A stretch of DNA of 64,000 nt from an uncultured virus (IMG/VR IMGVR_UViG_3300033153_006255) (IMGVR_UViG_3300033153_006255); one strand, 5' to 3'. Positions 10,376-19,835 are shown, numbered from the stretch's first letter. Notes: generated from the letters alone by a model not told the origin. Numbers and translations: made by a program.

Positions 10376-10745
10376 TACTCCCGAAATAACGAATCATAGG
10401 CATACTAAATATCTTACCTATACATACACATAATAGAACTACCGCAACGCTCTGTATAAAAGTCAGTGGGTATATAAGCTTAGATATAAAATAAAAAAGT
10501 ACTGAATGTATTATCAGTACTGTTATAAAACCTAAGAACTCTCCTATTTTAGCCGAGCGCCTTGCTATACGCTTACTTCTATTGTAGTCATCTATGCGCT
10601 TTTTCTGATTGTCTAGTGCCCAATTAGGTACAAAATTTCCATGTGTAAGGTAAAACCATAATTCTTCGCTGCTCATTTTGCTAGGTTTTCTCAATTCTAC
10701 CTCCGCTTCACACTTTTCCCCTATGCCATCTATCGGTGAGGACAT
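10362..10745 (-). CDS. Membrane protein
   Basis: Two hydrophobic segments in the C-terminal half. Confidence 0.55.
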   Translation of the reverse strand: MSSPIDGIGEKCEAEVELRKPSKMSSEELWFYLTHGNFVPNWALDNQKKRIDDYNRSKRIARRSAKIGEFLGFITVLIIHSVLFYFISKLIYPLTFIQSVAVVLLCVCIGKIFSMPMIRYFGSNDNG

Positions 10746-10920
10746 CTGGATTCAAACCAGTTATTTTTATGTTTTCGCTGTATTTTTCAATACGTGCCGG
10801 GTCGACAGATATCTCTCTTTTATCGCTTCCCTGATTAACACCAGGTAATAACCGTGCAAGCTTCGGACATATCTCTGAGCAACTATCTCTTTTTCGACAC
10901 TTTTCACAAGGATTTCTCAT
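10708..10920 (-). CDS. Small Cys-rich protein
   Basis: CEKC...C...C N-terminus. Confidence 0.5.
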   Translation of the reverse strand: MRNPCEKCRKRDSCSEICPKLARLLPGVNQGSDKREISVDPARIEKYSENIKITGLNPDVLTDRWHRGKV

Positions 10921-10953
10921 AATTTTAATTTGCGGCTACACTATACACTACTA

Positions 10954-11160
10954 CTACGCCTCGTAGCGACTAGTGTCCGGTATATTATTACCTAATTTGC
11001 TGTAACACTCTTTAAGCCAACGGTTTACAGTATTTGTGCTCATATTGAGTAATTTAGCGATTTCTCTATACGTAAACCCAGCCATAGCAAGAACTAACGT
11101 CGCTCTTTTCTTAGACTTTAGCTCTGAAAATGGCTTATTTAGGTAAATTGGCTTCTTCAT
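10954..11160 (-). CDS. Helix-turn-helix DNA-binding protein
   Basis: GFTYREIAKLLNMSTNTVNRWL. Confidence 0.75.
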   Translation of the reverse strand: MKKPIYLNKPFSELKSKKRATLVLAMAGFTYREIAKLLNMSTNTVNRWLKECYSKLGNNIPDTSRYEA

Positions 11161-11332
11161 TGAGCCTCTTCCACTTAGAACCTAGGAATATCCAGGTGAT
11201 AATCCTTCTCCATAAAGGTACCTCAAGCTCAGTCTTGACCTCTAACAGCTCTCCCCCAAATACGTCCCAATACCATATATAATCTTTGTTATCTACAAAC
11301 TTAACCTGCGGGTCTTCATACTTATCCTTCAT
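11135..11332 (-). CDS. Hypothetical protein
   Basis: 65 aa ORF with AAGGAG SD. Confidence 0.5.
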   Translation of the reverse strand: MKDKYEDPQVKFVDNKDYIWYWDVFGGELLEVKTELEVPLWRRIITWIFLGSKWKRLNEEANLPK

Positions 11333-11824
11333 CTTAGACTCCTTTCAACATTAATTCGGTTGTCCGCTCTATAGGTGGCCTTCCAACGTTGCTCCTGCTG
11401 CAGCCGTTCCTTTTGGGCGGTCTCTTTGCTACTATAACCTTCCTTCCACATGTACCACACTTCAGTATATATCCAGCATATACTGTCCAATCATGCTTAT
11501 GCTTCATTTGTGCCCTCCTTTTTCGCAGCTAGCTTTGCTAGCGCTGCACGTTGTTTCGCGAAGCGACGCGATTTTTCGGCTTTCGCTAATAAGCTCCAGC
11601 AGCTATAAAAAAGACCTTCTACTAGTACATCTAGTAAAAGGCCTTTTATTAGGTTAAGTGTATTATACCATATCCGGGCCCTTTCTGTCAAACTGACCTT
11701 GAAAAACAGGTCATTTCGTCTATGTAAAGGCCTAGCTCATAGCTTGTATAAGCTGTTCTGGGAAAATGGAATGCGGTATTTTGGGGATGGTGCCATAGAT
11801 TTACATTACTGATATAATCGGTGA

Positions 11825-11854
11825 ATTTTAAACTTATTTTTTTATTTTTGTCAA
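11825..11854 (-). promoter_or_regulatory. Candidate leftward sigma70-type promoter
   Basis: TTGACA (11854-11849), 18 nt spacer, TAAAAT (11830-11825). Confidence 0.4.
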
Positions 11855-11929
11855 GGTTTATCTACTCAAAAGCCCGTTTATTTAAAATATGCTATATTAC
11901 ATAATAAGCAATTTATTTTTATTTTATCC

Positions 11930-11959
11930 TTGACAGATATATATATCAGGTGCTATAAT
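11930..11959 (+). promoter_or_regulatory. Strong early sigma70-type promoter
   Basis: TTGACA 11930-11935, 18 nt spacer, extended TGnTATAAT ending 11959, AT-rich upstream tract. Confidence 0.8.
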
Positions 11960-12065
11960 ATATACAATAATACAATTATGATGATAGTTTAAAATTGCTC
12001 TTTGATATATGCCTTGTATCCTCTAACCGATAGCCGATACAACCGCTATCAATAAAGGGGACACA

Positions 12066-12350
12066 ATGATACATATGACAGATATTAAAAAGTTGGTAAA
12101 CGAAGGCGTTCCAAAACGGTCTTCAAAACATATGGTTAATACTGACGGAGATAAACTCGTATTTACCTCATCAGATTATAAAGACGGTAGTGTAAGTTTG
12201 CCTCTTGCTCAAGTAAAAGCCGAAATCAAAACAATAGACCTTTGTAAACAGTTAGTAAAGGGAGTAGCGTTTAGACAAGGTATGACTAAGTGGAAATCAG
12301 CCCACTTCAACCTTGCCGAACGAACCTTTGCATTGTTGAAATCACTCTAA
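12066..12350 (+). CDS. First early gene, hypothetical protein
   Basis: 94 aa, AAGGGG SD, between the early promoter and a terminator. Confidence 0.7.
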   Translation: MIHMTDIKKLVNEGVPKRSSKHMVNTDGDKLVFTSSDYKDGSVSLPLAQVKAEIKTIDLCKQLVKGVAFRQGMTKWKSAHFNLAERTFALLKSL

Positions 12351-12406
12351 CTAATAGGGTATAAGGCATATATTGAAGGCATTATATATAGTTTAGATGT
12401 AATATG

Positions 12407-12432
12407 AACGGGTATTGAAACCCGTTTTTTTA
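12407..12432 (+). terminator. Rho-independent terminator
   Basis: aacgggt/acccgtt stem followed by a T run. Confidence 0.7.
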
Positions 12433-12702
12433 TACCCGCTAACTAAAAGTCTTTATAAAGTGATAAATGTATGTATTTAAAAAGTATGTAAAATGAAAAT
12501 TGAAATATGGGGAATAATAGATACAGAGAGAGACAAGAGGAATTAAGCACGGAAGCATAGAAATAAGGCATATATAGGGTGAAAATAGGATAGTGTGTCT
12601 TAGTAGTAGGTTAAGGCAATTATGAATAGAGGTAAAGAAATTATCAGCCCCGAAATTGGGGTTTGTTAATAGATGTCAATGGCTGAAAGGGGGTGTTGAG
12701 AG

Positions 12703-12858
12703 ATGAATGTATTCATTACTTATGTAGATAAAGGTAAGGTTTACAAGGAAAATACAGAGGTAGAGAATATAAGCGACGCAACGAAGTTGGTTGATATGCT
12801 TGTTCAAGTGAAGGAAGTTACCATTATAGAAGTTCATATATCAGCAATAGTGAAATAA
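12703..12858 (+). CDS. Small hypothetical protein (51 aa)
   Basis: Below the ORF-track cutoff; GAAAGGGGGTG SD; MNVFITYVDKG... Confidence 0.5.
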   Translation: MNVFITYVDKGKVYKENTEVENISDATKLVDMLVQVKEVTIIEVHISAIVK

Positions 12859-12893
12859 CGCCCTTTTTGGTGGGAGTTATGGAGGATACTAAG

Positions 12894-13037
12894 ATGTTTG
12901 TTGAAATTAGATGTGAGAAATGCGGAGCAATGAACTTCGTAAGGCTGAACAGATTTGGAAAAGGGTATCTGTATTGTGAGGATTGCGACCACAGGCAGAT
13001 AGTATTTTATGAAACAATAGAATTAGTGGAAGCATAA
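12894..13037 (+). CDS. Small Zn-ribbon protein (47 aa)
   Basis: GGAGG SD; CEKC and CEDC pairs. Confidence 0.55.
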   Translation: MFVEIRCEKCGAMNFVRLNRFGKGYLYCEDCDHRQIVFYETIELVEA

Positions 13038-13574
13038 CGCCCCATTGAAATAATATGGGCTGGAGGATAAAATGCGTGGATTATTAGATATGTTTGATAT
13101 GAAAAATCTGCGAAATATTGAACATACATACGGATTGAAGATAATACATACGCAGGTTGAACCCTATGGATATTGCTTCTATGGTAGAAAAGACGGTCAG
13201 GTAAAGAAATACAGATATATAAAGGGAAAGTTAGCAATAGCATAAGAGAGGTAGAAAATGATAGAATTGGCTGAAAATACGAATATAGTGCTATTAAGTA
13301 GTGTATTGGCGATATGTATAGTATTGGTATTGATGGTAATTGGAAGCTTTATATTTGCTGTATTTAGGGTAATGTTAAGAAGAATGAGGTGAAGATATGA
13401 AGAGATATGAAAGTATGGTTATGGATGGGTTGAAATACACACGAATATCAGATGATAAGTTCAGAGCCGTATTAGTTGGTAAGGAATATGACCAATCAAT
13501 AGGTGAAAATATTACGAAAAAGCAGTTTATGTCTATATTGAAAGACTTCATAAAGAATATATGAGGGGGTAGTT

Positions 13575-14051
13575 ATGAAACGCAGGGATTATATAGAATG
13601 CCTGCGATATGATGCTGAACATAAGTTTAAGAAATACCGTAAGAAGTTAAGAAAAGTTCTTGAGAAGGAAGAAATAGAGGAAATAGGTGGGAAGTTAACG
13701 GCAGAGGAAATAAAGCACATTTTCGGCGAAACAGTATTGTGGAAGAAACCAACCCTTCAAAGAGAACTCAAATCGAAGTATATATTGGTATGTGAAAGTT
13801 GTGGTAGGTATAGCAGAATGCGTTGGTATTTTGAAGACCTGCCCGATTTGAATGACTTATGGAAGCGTTTATCAAAGGGAAAACGAACTTATAGCCCTAA
13901 AATTGAATTGTTAGAGTGTATATCGAAAGGGCATAAGGTAGGATTTAAGCCATTTGAGGAATTAGAGAGAATAAAGTGCTTAAGGTGGGAGATAAAGCAT
14001 ATCAAGGAAACAAAGGAACAAGATGCGATAATGAATAAGATATTTGGATAG
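13575..14051 (+). CDS. Hypothetical protein
   Basis: 158 aa with GAGGGGG SD. Confidence 0.6.
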   Translation: MKRRDYIECLRYDAEHKFKKYRKKLRKVLEKEEIEEIGGKLTAEEIKHIFGETVLWKKPTLQRELKSKYILVCESCGRYSRMRWYFEDLPDLNDLWKRLSKGKRTYSPKIELLECISKGHKVGFKPFEELERIKCLRWEIKHIKETKEQDAIMNKIFG

Positions 14052-14378
14052 CCCTTTTCAATGAGGGGGTGATGTATGAGGTAGTAGTAATGAAAGGTAG
14101 GACTGGGGGATAGTGAATGTTGCTATCCCCCTATTTTATTGAAAGGGGGATATATGTTAAAATATTCAACGAAACTAATAATAAAATACGACAGAGGTAA
14201 TATGACCATAAAAGTGTGGGAAAGGTTAAACCGTTATATAGTAGGAGTTTTTATAAATAGAATACGTATTAAGAATATATGAAATAAGAAATTAGAGGGG
14301 TAGCATAGCACATACATTCTGGATTTATTCAGAATAAGCACAAATTGCTACCCCATTTTGTTATGAAAGGGGTGATGT

Positions 14379-14594
14379 ATGAAGGATGTATATATTTACA
14401 AATGTTGGTGTGGAGATATAGTTTTAAGTGTTGGAGGGTGTGTTCCTCCGAACCTTAAGAAGATATGGCTTGGAAAAACACCTACAAGGGCGAAAGAAAT
14501 TATCCTGTTTTCAGCAAAATTAAAGAAATGGGTAATGAGAGAAATACCTGACATTGAATATGTAGGTTTTGTACCGATGGAAAAATGTATTTGA
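14379..14594 (+). CDS. Hypothetical protein
   Basis: 71 aa with AAGGGGTG SD. Confidence 0.55.
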   Translation: MKDVYIYKCWCGDIVLSVGGCVPPNLKKIWLGKTPTRAKEIILFSAKLKKWVMREIPDIEYVGFVPMEKCI

Positions 14595-14606
14595 AAGGAG
14601 GATGTT

Positions 14607-14762
14607 ATGAAAGTGTGGCAAGTATTTATATTGTATGTCTTAATAATGTGTGTGCTTCTATTTGGATGTATATATACATTAGGAAATGCAATAAACAGCG
14701 TGGAGAAGGTAGGATTAAAAAATATCTTTAGTGATGTGTGGGAAGGAACTGGCAAGAAATAG
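14607..14762 (+). CDS. Small membrane protein ending in a degenerate tag (DVWEGTGKK)
   Basis: AGGAGG SD; 51 aa with an N-terminal hydrophobic helix. Confidence 0.55.
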   Translation: MKVWQVFILYVLIMCVLLFGCIYTLGNAINSVEKVGLKNIFSDVWEGTGKK

Positions 14763-14828
14763 CCGAAACGAGGGGTAACGCCCTCGTCTTTACGGATTAA
14801 CCACCGTAAACTGAAGATGGCTGGTTAA
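14761..14828 (+). ncRNA. Type II hammerhead ribozyme 1
   Basis: AGCC-GAAAC-stem III (gaggg/ccctc)-GUC (14786-88)-stem I (tttacgg/ccgtaaa)-CUGAAGA-UGGCU; loop ttaacca pairs with downstream tggttaa. Confidence 0.88.
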
Positions 14829-14846
14829 CAAAGGAGGTGAGAAAGA

Positions 14847-15254
14847 ATGTTTGATAAGAAGTTGAAGATAGGAGATAAGATAATCCTACAGAAGTCTCGG
14901 AATAATTATCAGAAATGGGAGGGACATATTTTCGAGATATTAAGCGTTAGAGAAACTTATTACAATTGCAGAAATCTGAAAATTCCAGGAAACGCAAACA
15001 TCTACTATAACGGAAATCCGAAGGACGAGTTCTGTTTAGCAGACAGAAAAGGCAGATTGGAATATTTTCAAGGGATTTTACCTAAACTGCAGAAGGAGTG
15101 TGTAGATATAGAAAAGCAGATAAAGGAACTTAAGAAATTCCCAACGGAAGAGGATGCCGTTGCTTACAAGATAAGCGAGATTATGCGAACAAAGGGAAAC
15201 GCGAAGGCGATAGCCGCTATCTTGAAAGAGATGAAGACATCTGATTACCTTTAA
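14847..15254 (+). CDS. Hypothetical protein with KOW/SH3-like N-terminus and coiled coil
   Basis: LKIGDKI start; AGGAGGTG SD. Confidence 0.65.
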   Translation: MFDKKLKIGDKIILQKSRNNYQKWEGHIFEILSVRETYYNCRNLKIPGNANIYYNGNPKDEFCLADRKGRLEYFQGILPKLQKECVDIEKQIKELKKFPTEEDAVAYKISEIMRTKGNAKAIAAILKEMKTSDYL

Positions 15255-15318
15255 CCGAAACGGGGAGAAATCCCCGTCTATACGCATTGGCGAGCGTATA
15301 CTGAAGATGGTAGCCGAA
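15254..15318 (+). ncRNA. Type II hammerhead ribozyme 2
   Basis: ACC-GAAAC-gggga/tcccc-GUC (15276-78)-tatacgc/gcgtata-CUGAAGA-UGGU; loop ttggc can pair with downstream gccga. Confidence 0.88.
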
Positions 15319-15504
15319 AATAGGAGGTGACATATGAAAGAAGTGAAACTTTTAGTTGAGTATAGTTCTATAACGAATAATCCTCGTTATATGGTATCAA
15401 TGAAAATATCTAACTTTAAGAATGATAAGGAAACAACTGACAAGAATAAACACTTTTTAAAGAATATAAAAAAATTGGTTAGGATTTACAATAGGTGGTA
15501 AATT

Positions 15505-15768
15505 ATGAAAGTATACTGCAAGAACTGTAAGTGGTTTAAAAGAAAAGGTTTTAAGTGGGATTGTAATTATCGTTCACCGAAGTATCTTGTAGAGAATAAG
15601 GATGAATGCACTGGCATTACACATAAACATTATGAAAGACGAACAGCAATATCTGTGGCTGGGTATGCTAGAATGGAACACACGGTATTTGTAACAAGTG
15701 CCTTGAATAAGAATAATGATTGTGAATATTATAAACTAAAATGGTGGAAATTTTGGATGAGCAGGTAA
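15505..15768 (+). CDS. Cys-containing hypothetical protein
   Basis: YCKNCKW...C...NKNNDCEYY pattern. Confidence 0.6.
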   Translation: MKVYCKNCKWFKRKGFKWDCNYRSPKYLVENKDECTGITHKHYERRTAISVAGYARMEHTVFVTSALNKNNDCEYYKLKWWKFWMSR

Positions 15769-15908
15769 AATATGTTTAATAAGACAGATAAACGAATAGC
15801 CAAGATGTGGTTGAAAGGCAATAAGGACTTAGAGTCTATCGCACGAAAGATAGGTAGACCGAATAATATAGATAGAGTAAAAGAAGGTTTAAAGAGAGAA
15901 GGTCTATT

Positions 15909-16106
15909 ATGAAATTTAAAGTAGGCGATAGAGTGGATTTGGATGGCTTTGAAACTGGAACAATTGAAGGCATTGATTATATGACTATGAAGTATCACGT
16001 ATTATGGGGTGGTAGGAGTTATCACTGTATAGATGATATAGAATGGGGAGACAAGAATTATATCCCCACAAGAAGCCCTAATGTATGGAAAGGTGTGCCA
16101 AAATGA
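15909..16106 (+). CDS. WKG-tagged small protein 1 (KOW/SH3-like)
   Basis: MKFKVGDRV start; ends NVWKGVPK. Confidence 0.8.
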   Translation: MKFKVGDRVDLDGFETGTIEGIDYMTMKYHVLWGGRSYHCIDDIEWGDKNYIPTRSPNVWKGVPK

Positions 16107-16327
16107 CGAAGGGATATTGTATAAACTGCAATGAATGGTGTGATGAAGTAACTATGAATTCTTATGGAAGAAGTTCTTATCAATGGAATGGTTCAGATTA
16201 TGAATGGTATGACGCAGGCGATACAGAAGATGATGGACCATATATGTGTGCTGAATGTGGTGAAGAGGTAGAAATGAGAGAGTTTGTAGAAAAACCTAAA
16301 AACGAGTGGAAAGGTAACTCAAGGTGA
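16103..16327 (+). CDS. WKG-tagged small protein 2 (Zn ribbon)
   Basis: Start at ATGA overlap; CINC/CAEC; ends NEWKGNSR. Confidence 0.8.
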   Translation: MTKGYCINCNEWCDEVTMNSYGRSSYQWNGSDYEWYDAGDTEDDGPYMCAECGEEVEMREFVEKPKNEWKGNSR

Positions 16328-16548
16328 TACTTATGGAACAACCGTATTGTTTACAATGTGAGATGTTTGTAGATGAAGCACATACAACTTGTAGAGTAAA
16401 ATACTACTATGTATGGAATGGCACTTCCTTTGAAATTGTGGATAGTGAGACAATAGATGAATCATCGTATTATTGTACAGAATGTGGAGGAGATATAATA
16501 TTTAAAGAGGAAATACCTAAAAATCAATGGAAGGGGAAACCAAAATGA
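16324..16548 (+). CDS. WKG-tagged small protein 3 (Zn ribbon, paralog of 2)
   Basis: CLQC/CTEC; ends NQWKGKPK. Confidence 0.8.
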   Translation: MILMEQPYCLQCEMFVDEAHTTCRVKYYYVWNGTSFEIVDSETIDESSYYCTECGGDIIFKEEIPKNQWKGKPK

Positions 16549-16790
16549 AGTTCCGCCCTGCGCAGAAAGTAACCTGCATTAACGATATTAAGAAAACGAT
16601 GGATGGCGATAGAAAGATTTTAATCACTAAAGGGAAAACTTATAGAGTTACTGGATATGATACAATATGGAACTCTGAAAGCAATTTAATAACAGTTATA
16701 AACGATAATGGAGATAATGTTCCATACTCTGAACACAGATTTATAGCGTTTAATCAGTGGAAGGGGAAAGAAAGATGTCTAAACACATAA
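16545..16790 (+). CDS. WKG-tagged small protein 4 (SH3-like)
   Basis: MKFRPAQKVTC; ends NQWKGKERCLNT. Confidence 0.8.
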   Translation: MKFRPAQKVTCINDIKKTMDGDRKILITKGKTYRVTGYDTIWNSESNLITVINDNGDNVPYSEHRFIAFNQWKGKERCLNT

Positions 16791-16975
16791 AAATTGGAGA
16801 TACAGTAAAACATACTCGTTACGATGGGGTATTAAGAAGTGGAGTTGTCACTAGTGTGGACGGAAATCGAATCTGGGCTACATTTGATGGAATTGGTAGT
16901 TCGGCTACGTTTGTAGAAAGAAACAAGATTCATACAGTAATAAAGAAGAATGAGTGGAAAGGGGGTGAAAGATGA
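16775..16975 (+). CDS. WKG-tagged small protein 5 (KOW/SH3-like)
   Basis: IKIGDTV; ends NEWKGGER. Confidence 0.8.
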   Translation: MSKHIKIGDTVKHTRYDGVLRSGVVTSVDGNRIWATFDGIGSSATFVERNKIHTVIKKNEWKGGER

Positions 16976-17214
16976 AGATTGATGAAATCGAAATACGTGG
17001 CACTATCATTATGAAAGCAGACGACCTTGAAGATGATATCATTATCAAGAAGTTTACTCAGGAATTTGAGGAAACAACTCTCGGTAAGATGTTATTAGAA
17101 AAGGGATATACTTGCTTTGATGATGAAGTGGAGGGTAACAACGACGGCGACAGAATGGTGAGGCTTGTATATGACGACTTAGGTCCGGAAGAGGGGGTAA
17201 GGAATGGGAAATGA
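16972..17214 (+). CDS. Acidic hypothetical protein (no tag)
   Basis: 80 aa, ATGA-coupled to the upstream gene. Confidence 0.65.
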   Translation: MKIDEIEIRGTIIMKADDLEDDIIIKKFTQEFEETTLGKMLLEKGYTCFDDEVEGNNDGDRMVRLVYDDLGPEEGVRNGK

Positions 17215-17647
17215 AGAACTAAAAAAGTATTTGCTTGAAGTATTACAGGAAGTATATGACCATAAACTAAATGCTCAAGAGGGGTATGATAAGATAGAAG
17301 AGAAGTTTATGGAAGAATAGTTGACAGCCAGAGGGTAGCGAGTAAGAAATGGGTTTTGTTACCCCTTTACCAACTCCGAAAGTTACCCTCATTTTATATA
17401 GGGGGTGTATTGTGAATAAAGAAATGAAGGAGGTGTTAAAGAAACAGAAGCCGTGGAATATTAGACCGTTAGCACAAGCACTAAAGAAACGGTATAATAT
17501 GGGATTATTGTATAAAGCGTTAAAAAGAAAGGATGTATTGCTCTCTGATATATAATGGAAACTAAGGCGTGTCGGTAGTCGCAAGTGTCAGGACCGAACA
17601 AATTGGTATACCCAGACAGTCTGAACCTTGTAGTTATCCGTTATATA

Positions 17648-17725
17648 GTCGAAACGTTCCCTGTGTATTTAAACGGGGAACGTCATAGCGAAGTTAACCG
17701 TTCGCTATCTGAAGATGACAGGTAA
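17648..17725 (+). ncRNA. Type II hammerhead ribozyme 3
   Basis: GUC-GAAAC-gttccctg/cggggaac-GUC (17682-84)-atagcgaa/ttcgctat-CUGAAGA-UGAC. Confidence 0.88.
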
Positions 17726-17737
17726 AAGGAGCAAGAT

Positions 17738-17944
17738 ATGTTTAAAAAGGGAGATAAAGTAGAATTTGTATGTGAAGATGGAGAAGGAGATTGTAATACA
17801 AGGAAGGGCGATATAGGATATGTAACAGATGTTATTGGAAGAGATGGAGTGAGCATTAGGACAATAGATGGAAGAGAATACTCTCTTTTAAATAAGAGGT
17901 TTAGAAAGCTTCCAGGAAATATTTGGAAGGGGCACAAAAGATGA
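17738..17944 (+). CDS. WKG-tagged small protein 6
   Basis: MFKKGDKV; ends NIWKGHKR. Confidence 0.8.
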   Translation: MFKKGDKVEFVCEDGEGDCNTRKGDIGYVTDVIGRDGVSIRTIDGREYSLLNKRFRKLPGNIWKGHKR

Positions 17945-18171
17945 AAGCTAAATTTAAATTAGGTGATAACGTTGTTTGTATAGGAAGAAGGAATAGTCGC
18001 CTAGAAAACGGGGCTGGCTGGGAAGCTGGACTCAAGTTTGTCGTAACTGAAATTACTTTTGATGAAGCAAGAAAAGAATACATATATTGGAAGGGATTAG
18101 GACACTGTGGAGTATATGAGAAGTATATAGGTTATGCTATTACCAATGTATGGAAGGGGGCTAAAAGATGA
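17941..18171 (+). CDS. WKG-tagged small protein 7
   Basis: KFKLGDNV; ends NVWKGAKR. Confidence 0.8.
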   Translation: MKAKFKLGDNVVCIGRRNSRLENGAGWEAGLKFVVTEITFDEARKEYIYWKGLGHCGVYEKYIGYAITNVWKGAKR

Positions 18172-18413
18172 GCCTAAAAGTAGGAGATAAGGTAAGGATA
18201 ATTGAGGGTGGGTTAGGTATTAGCCCACAGCAAAAAGGAGAAACAACAGTTATTACTGAAGTAGGTGGAATTTATACTGGTGGTAGTGATACATACGGTC
18301 CTATGCCTGGAGTGAAAGCGAAGAATATTTATAATCCAGCATATAATGATTGGGTAGCAGAAAGAAGTTTTGAGTTGATTAGTAGGAATGTATGGAAAGG
18401 CGGTAAACGATGA
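18168..18413 (+). CDS. WKG-tagged small protein 8
   Basis: LKVGDKV; ends NVWKGGKR. Confidence 0.8.
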   Translation: MSLKVGDKVRIIEGGLGISPQQKGETTVITEVGGIYTGGSDTYGPMPGVKAKNIYNPAYNDWVAERSFELISRNVWKGGKR

Positions 18414-18664
18414 AGTTCAGTGTTGGAAGTAGAGTTAATGTTAAAAGAGGTGTAGGAATAGGTGGAAAATACACCCACCAGAATGGAACTATACTACATA
18501 TTGGTAAAAGTAGTATTTATGACGATACTTTATACTCTATTGAATTTGATAACGACATTGGTGGACATAATTGTAGTGGTCTGGGAAAAGAAAGACATTG
18601 TTGGAGAGTAATGGAAACAGATGTATATAGTCTAAATCAATGGAAAGGTAAACAAAGGGGGTAA
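18410..18664 (+). CDS. WKG-tagged small protein 9
   Basis: MKFSVGSRV; ends NQWKGKQRG. Confidence 0.8.
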   Translation: MKFSVGSRVNVKRGVGIGGKYTHQNGTILHIGKSSIYDDTLYSIEFDNDIGGHNCSGLGKERHCWRVMETDVYSLNQWKGKQRG

Positions 18665-18665
18665 G

Positions 18666-19007
18666 ATGAATAAAGGGGCTGTAATTTTATTATGCCTCGC
18701 CCTTACTGGATGTAGAGAACCTGTGTATACAATAACAGCGTATTGTCCGTGTTCTGCGTGCTGTGGAAAGTGGAGTGACGGATACACAGCGACGGGAAAG
18801 AGGGCTTTGGCAAAGAATAGGATAATAGCAGTAGACCCGAAGGTTATACCATTACATAGTAAGGTGTATATAGAGGGATTAGGATATTATTACGCCGAAG
18901 ATACGGGCTCTGCTATTAAATGGAATAAGATAGACATATTGTTTGATAGTCATAACGAAGCATTAGAATTTGGAGTTCAATACTTGAAAGTTAAGGTAAT
19001 AAAATAA
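18666..19007 (+). CDS. 3D-domain (MltA-like) cell wall protein, possible lipoprotein
   Basis: TITAY...TATG...IIAVDPKVIPL.SKVYIEG.G.Y.AEDTGSAIK.NKIDI; LTGC lipobox-like. Confidence 0.9.
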   Translation: MNKGAVILLCLALTGCREPVYTITAYCPCSACCGKWSDGYTATGKRALAKNRIIAVDPKVIPLHSKVYIEGLGYYYAEDTGSAIKWNKIDILFDSHNEALEFGVQYLKVKVIK

Positions 19008-19018
19008 GGAGAAATAAA

Positions 19019-19324
19019 ATGCCACCTGAAAATAACAGATGGAATGAAAGAAGAGTAACTAATCTACATAGATTTGAAGTAGATTTAGTTATGAATGATA
19101 ATGTATCTATTGTAGTAGTAACATTGACCATTGCTATTACATTTGTAAGCGTAGTATTTGGAATAATGTTTTGGCATTTGGATAGAGATAAAGCCTTATT
19201 AAACAATGGATTTACTAGGACAAGAATTGTTGGACGTGGAATGGAATGGACAAAAAATGACGGTAATGAAAAATATATGTTATTAAGGGGTCAATTAGAA
19301 GAATTGGTGGAGGATGAATCATGA
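19019..19324 (+). CDS. Membrane protein
   Basis: One hydrophobic helix. Confidence 0.55.
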   Translation: MPPENNRWNERRVTNLHRFEVDLVMNDNVSIVVVTLTIAITFVSVVFGIMFWHLDRDKALLNNGFTRTRIVGRGMEWTKNDGNEKYMLLRGQLEELVEDES

Positions 19325-19578
19325 AGCGTATGAAGTATGAAGATTTAAAGAAAGGTATGATTGTAAGAGTTAGGATGTATAGGAGACGTCCTCCACATAT
19401 GCATTGGGGGCAAATGTATTTTTGTGGACAGAATGTTACCATAAGCAAAAAGGACTCTGGTTGTGTATATATAAAAGAGGAAACAAGGAGTTATGGAGAA
19501 AAGAGTTTATGGAATCCGTGTGCATTTGAAAGAGCTAACGTATGGACAGGAGGAGAACGATGCGCTATGAAGACTTAA
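19321..19578 (+). CDS. WTG-variant tagged small protein 10
   Basis: YEDLKKGMIV; ends NVWTGGERCAMKT. Confidence 0.75.
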   Translation: MKRMKYEDLKKGMIVRVRMYRRRPPHMHWGQMYFCGQNVTISKKDSGCVYIKEETRSYGEKSLWNPCAFERANVWTGGERCAMKT

Positions 19579-19835
19579 GAGTTGGTATGGAAGTAGAGTG
19601 TGACAGTTCTAGGTTTAATGATTTTTTTAATGGAAAAGCAACTGTAGTATGTTTAGACCCCATTAGCGTTATAAGGGATGATTGTCTCGCTGGTAGTGGA
19701 ATAATTTATAAGCATAAAGATGGAAGAGCACAAAGCTCTTGGCTATTACACAAATCTGATTTGAAATATATTAAAGTAGTTAGATATAACGAGTGGAAAG
19801 GTAAAGCCCGAAACGTAAGTAGGGTTGTTACGTAA
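19560..19835 (+). CDS. WKG-tagged small protein 11
   Basis: MRYEDLRVGMEV; ends NEWKGKARNVSRVVT. Confidence 0.75.
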   Translation: MRYEDLRVGMEVECDSSRFNDFFNGKATVVCLDPISVIRDDCLAGSGIIYKHKDGRAQSSWLLHKSDLKYIKVVRYNEWKGKARNVSRVVT

